The notes under the pieces: model-generated
The model's input: the letters and a program-made list of their open reading frames with translations, nothing else
Databases searched by the model: none
Told to the model about the DNA's origin: nothing
Translations under genes and position numbers: made by a program
In this document: positions 59,286 to 64,000 of the stretch, piece after piece
Numbering within the stretch: position 1 is the stretch's first letter
How the letters are laid out: each line of letters opens with the position of its first letter
Assembly: GCA_965645245.1 (NCBI GenBank)
Contig: OZ287067.1
Coordinates: 3,596,001 to 3,660,000, forward strand
DNA from: Massalongia carnosa
Taxonomy: Eukaryota
Direction: 5' to 3'
DNA: 64,000 nt

Positions 59286-60701
59286 AGTTGTTCAATGGCT
59301 TAACATGATCGCTGAATTCACGGGCTTGATTGTGCGTTTCTGATCCGACTCTTCTTTCTGATGTGATCGTAATATCCTTGTTGGCGTGACGATGGTGTGA
59401 TGATAAGATTGGAACTTCTCGATCTGCGATGTATTGTTAATCATCATTCATCAGTTCACGTCTTAAGAAGTTGCATCTAAAATGTGCGTTGCCAGCCTCC
59501 GCAAGACTTGGCCAAGCCTGACTGTAAAATGACAGTCTTCGTCGAATAGGAGTCCTTCCTTGTATGTTCATCAACGTAGTTGCCTTCTCGCTTGTCGTAA
59601 TCCCGACGGAGGTCTTGATGTACTTGAGCATTTCATCACTCGAGTCCCTCATTGAGCTTTGGGATGAATGAGTTCTACAGAACGGGCTGAAGGGAGCCGA
59701 GGTGTGTTTTAGCCGGCTTTCCGACCTATGATAAAGATACTGTGTGGTTCCGCCGTGAGAAGCGACTTGAATAACGTTTGCTTTCTCGTCATGGGGAGGA
59801 TTATGCTCGATGCTAAATGGTGGACAAAGTTCCTGAGGTAGTGGATGATGACGATGATGGGGAAACGGCTTTGCTGTTCGGGGAGAGGTAGAAGAGAAGG
59901 AGAAAGCGGAGGAAGAAGATGGTTTTGAAGGATACTGGACTTGCACTGTCAAGACTTTCGCCTGATTTAAACTGATCAGAGCAACGAATGCTAGAGGAAA
60001 ATCACTTGAGCTCTCAGCTTAAAACGTCGGCCTCGTCAAACTTCCGAAGCTAATTCTGACTTGGCATTAAAAACTGCATGTAGAGATTCTGGAAGCTGCA
60101 GTCCTCTCTGCGCAAGAGGTGTTATCAAACAAGGAGAACTGTTATATCTGTCCTTGTGACTTTAAGATAAGCCGAGCGTAGTCAAGCAATATCTAACTCC
60201 ATTGAAATTAGATCTGTTCCTGCTTGAGTCTCATAACCATTGTGGCTAGCCACGAGCAGAAACCTCTATGTGGTGCTGACTAGTAACACCTTCTATGATT
60301 CTTAGAAACTCGCTGAAGTGGCCAATATCTGCTCACCAGGAATCAAACGGTGCTAAAAGGGGGGCAATTCAGGTGCTGAATTGACGACGAATTGGGGGGT
60401 GAATCAGGACTCAGACAGCAATATAACGTCCCGAGCCACCCAGACGGGTGAATCCGAGCCCCTACTCCAAGCCTATAACGCTGCCTTTTCGGTCATCTAG
60501 TCACCTGTTACACTCCAGTCATCAAGGGCCTAGAAGTGGACCAAAGGAGAGGACACGGGGGGAGGACTGGGGGAGCATATATGATGAAGAGATATAAAAT
60601 AAACGATCGAGTTTGGGTGGATAAAGAACGTCGAAAACCTAGGTATTCACTTATCATTCTATTCATCAAATCCTTTTCATTCGGTCAAAACGGAGGCCTA
60701 C

Positions 60702-63700
60702 TGTTACGCTAACAGCCTAGATGTCATGGGTCCCAGCCTGGCATAAAGCTGAGATGGAAAGGGGATCACGGGAGCACGCGAGGCTAGCGCGATACTCGGT
60801 GCAGATATTTTGATTCTTTTCTTCTTTGTAGATAAATTTTGGTTTAATAGCGGTTGATTAGAATCGACGACAGCTTCCTTACACAATTTATCTACCTACC
60901 TATTAGTATTCTTTCTTCCAGAACTTTCAGTAGGGACGAGGTCCCGTTCCAGCAACTTTCTTTCAGATAGGGTGAAAACCCGTTCCAGTAACTTTCCAGA
61001 CTGATCGTTTGTGCGAATCCAAATCGATCCAAATTCCAGAAATTCCAGATCTTTTAGTATCAGGGAATCAAGCTTTCCCACTTTCAAAATTCAGTCATGA
61101 ACTCAAAAACCCCCATGACGGCGAGAAAGGCCGCAGCTTCTTCCGCAGAGGCCCAGACCGGCCCAGCATTTAACACCCGCGCTCGTTCCGTCTCCCGTCA
61201 TTCGTCTCGCTCAGATAGCAGCATGCCGGGAACGTTTGAAGACTCCGAATTATCTCAGAACAAACAGATTAAAGAAACCACGGAGGGGACGTGGGAAAAA
61301 ACCCCAAGAGCAGGACGTGAAAAAGAAAAAGAGTTTTTCCAGAAGATCGATGTCTCCGATCACCCATATTACAAGAAGGATGCCGCAGAGCATCCGTCCC
61401 ACGTTGCAGCACACAATTTGAAGGAATTGCAGAGCATCTTACGAGACGAGAAAGAAGGACCCCGATGGTATGACTTCCTCGCGAGAGCGCTCGAATACGA
61501 CAAGACCCTATTCAACAATACATCTCCATGCAGGGCGACCTGGAGATGCTTGCCGAGGCCAAAAAGATCAACAGAAGTTACAAACAACTACATGAACGTC
61601 TCATCGCGGAAAAAGACGATGCCGAACGAGAGGCCCTTCTCGCGCAAGAAGAACTATCGCATAGAGACATCGAATTGGAGGCAATGACTATAGCAAAAGA
61701 GAGATTAAAGAACGACAGAGACTCCCTGATCCGCCAGTTAGCGGAAACACGGGAAACACCACGTCACCAACGAGAAGATACCGTTACTACCCAAAGCACC
61801 AACGCCAATCCCCAGAATTGGCGACCCCGTAGTATAAACCCTAGCAAGCCACTGAAAGGTGAGGACTCGGAGGAGTATAGCCCTTGGGCGTACTCCGTCC
61901 GCAACAAACTGAAGACAGACGCACCCCTCTATGCCAATGAGAGCGAAAAAGTCGGTTACGCGCTGTCTCAAATGGAAGCGCCGATCTTCGGGGCTATGCA
62001 CTTTTGGGTAGCGGATATGGGAGACTCACTATCGGCCGACGCTTTTTTCGAAGAGATAGAGCATTACATGGGCATTCACCTCCAGAGCCGCGACGCCAAG
62101 AAAGAGCTCCTCACCGTCACCATGAATGGGGGCGAAAGCGTCAGCGAGTACTATCGCCGAATCTTCAAGCTATGGCAGAAAGCCAAAACTCCCATTGACG
62201 AGCGAATTGAGAAGTTCCTCGTGACGTTAAAGCCTAGCATCTCCAACTCTCTTATGTGTTCAGTCTTTACTGATTTCCGCCCTTTACTTGACGAAGCACG
62301 AAGAATCGAAGACCGCCGCAAAGATGTGGCGCACCACTTTCCTCCTCCCGATAAACCAGCCGCAACGAAGAACTCCGGCCAACGAAGCAACTTCTCCGGC
62401 GGACAATCCTCAAACCAGTCCTCCGGCGGAAAGTCCGCCTCATCCTCCATCAATCAAACCAGCTCCAAGAAATCTGATGATCGGCCGAATGCGAAGCTGA
62501 TGCCAACGATAGTCAAACCGGCCGGTTAGGTAGGCACCTGGTATGATCCAGACCCAAACCCAAAGAAGCTGAAGGATGACGAGCGCGAGTCCCTCTCCCG
62601 TCAACGCTGATGCTGGGCATGCAGGGGATCAGGATATCGAGGAAACGATATCAATTGTCCTCAATACAGGGACAAGAACTTGAGCACCATGGGGACAGTA
62701 GAAACAGATTCGGGAGCGGAATCTGAGGCGGGAAAAGCCTAGTCCTTGATCGAAATCGCGATCAAGGGCGTACAAACAAGGAGGTTGTTAATGGGAACGG
62801 TGACACTGAAACGAAAATGGTTAGGGTCTCTACTTGTGCTGTCCGCGATACTGAAAGGAAAATCGAGGGCAAGCATTCATTTTTTAAAACTAGCATAGCT
62901 GGAATTAAAACCCGTTTACTTATCGATAATGGAAGTGAAGCTGAACTCGTTGACGAATCCTTTGTGCGTAAACACAAATTGAACACCTTCAAACTGGATA
63001 AGAAGTCGAAACTTACTTTGCGAAATGGAGAGGTAGTACAGCTCCTCTCGAAGGCCGCCTTGATCGACGTGAAAATCGGAGATCATGAAGAGCAAGTCTT
63101 ATGTTATTTGGCAAAACTAGAAGCGTATGCAGTCATTTTAGGGGATGGATGGCTGCAAACGCACAACCCAATGATCAGTTGGAAAGAGAACGATGAAGTT
63201 CAACTCGTCAGATTGTCTTGAAAAGGGATGTCTAACACGAGGGATAACTTGCACCGAATTCGCTGTGAGAAGCAAGGTTTAAGAATAGGATCGAGCCTAA
63301 GGAAGATATCGAAGTTCTTCCAGTCAACGCAAAAAACTTCTTTCGAAGGGCCAGAAAGAAGGATCACGATGGCTATCTATGGATTCCTCGAAAAACAAAG
63401 AAGGCCTTCTGCGCAACTACCACCGGAGCAGTGACATCAGGAGATTACGACAAGTTCATGAAGGGAAAACCGGAATACACCCGAGAGGAATTGTTGAAGA
63501 GAGTCCCAGCAGCTTATCACAGCGTAATAGATGTTTCATGAAGCTCAAGGCGGATGAACTGCCTGAACACCGGAAGGAGGATCATCAGATAAATCTCGAA
63601 GCGGGAAAAGAAGCTCCGTACGTAAGGAACTATAAACCCATGTCAGAACAAGAATTGGAAGCGGTTAAGAAATACATCGACGAGCATCTGGGAAAAGGCT

Positions 63701-64000
63701 TCATCCATCCAAGTTTGTCAAGCGCAGCAGCCCCCGTTCTTCTAGTTAGAAAACCAGGGGGTGGTTTAAGATTTTGCGTAGATTATAGAGCCTTAAACTC
63801 CATCACGATCAAGAACAGGTACCCAATACCGTTGATAAATGAAACTTTGGGAAAACTATCACAAGCCAAGAAGTTCACAAAACCGGATGTGATTACCGCT
63901 TTCAATCGTATGAGAATGAAGGAAGGCCACGAATGGCTCACGGCTTTCAATTCTAGATATGGTCGGTTCGAATATCTGGTAATGCCATTCGGTCTCTGCA
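60702..64000 (+). mobile_element. Degenerate Ty3/Gypsy retrotransposon related to the 8373-17853 element, running off the window
   Basis: Putative LTR ending CCTTACA (60883) then CAAT, as in the first element. Gag 61097-62741 shares GPAFNTRARS. LLIDNGSE protease and RT follow, with many stops and frameshifts. Confidence 0.88.

Noticed and set aside
59437..59952. 171-aa minus-strand ORF next to the HeLo-pseudokinase
   Set aside because: No ATG start or recognisable motif. It cannot be supported as a third component.

Overview
This is filamentous-ascomycete DNA (short GT-AG introns, fungal NLR-type genes, chromoviral Gypsy, Copia, Tad1-like LINE, Tc1/pogo and MULE elements). Roughly two thirds is nested transposable elements, and the non-TE part is dominated by fungal immune/cell-death-type genes. 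(1) A SesB-like alpha/beta-hydrolase gene (6321-7611, -) and an NB-ARC/TPR NLR gene (18780-21508, +) lie head-to-head. After splicing, the hydrolase C-terminus and the NLR N-terminus share a ~45-aa Gly/Asn/Val/Ile-rich motif, a candidate amyloid signalling motif. The two starts were ~345 bp apart before a 10.8-kb Tc1>Gypsy>MULE nest inserted between them. (2) An apparently intact NACHT NLR with 18 near-identical ankyrin repeats (33887-38632). (3) A divergent pair of a Ser/Thr kinase fused to 8 near-identical WD40 repeats (54675-57095, -) and a HeLo-like domain fused to a pseudokinase (57651-59285, +), which resembles RIPK3/MLKL necroptosis logic. There are also ankyrin and FunK1-kinase relics and a Tc1-like element with ~210-bp TIRs carrying a second convergent gene. 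Most non-TE genes carry 1-4 disabling lesions. Gene models were spliced by eye and no database searches were run.
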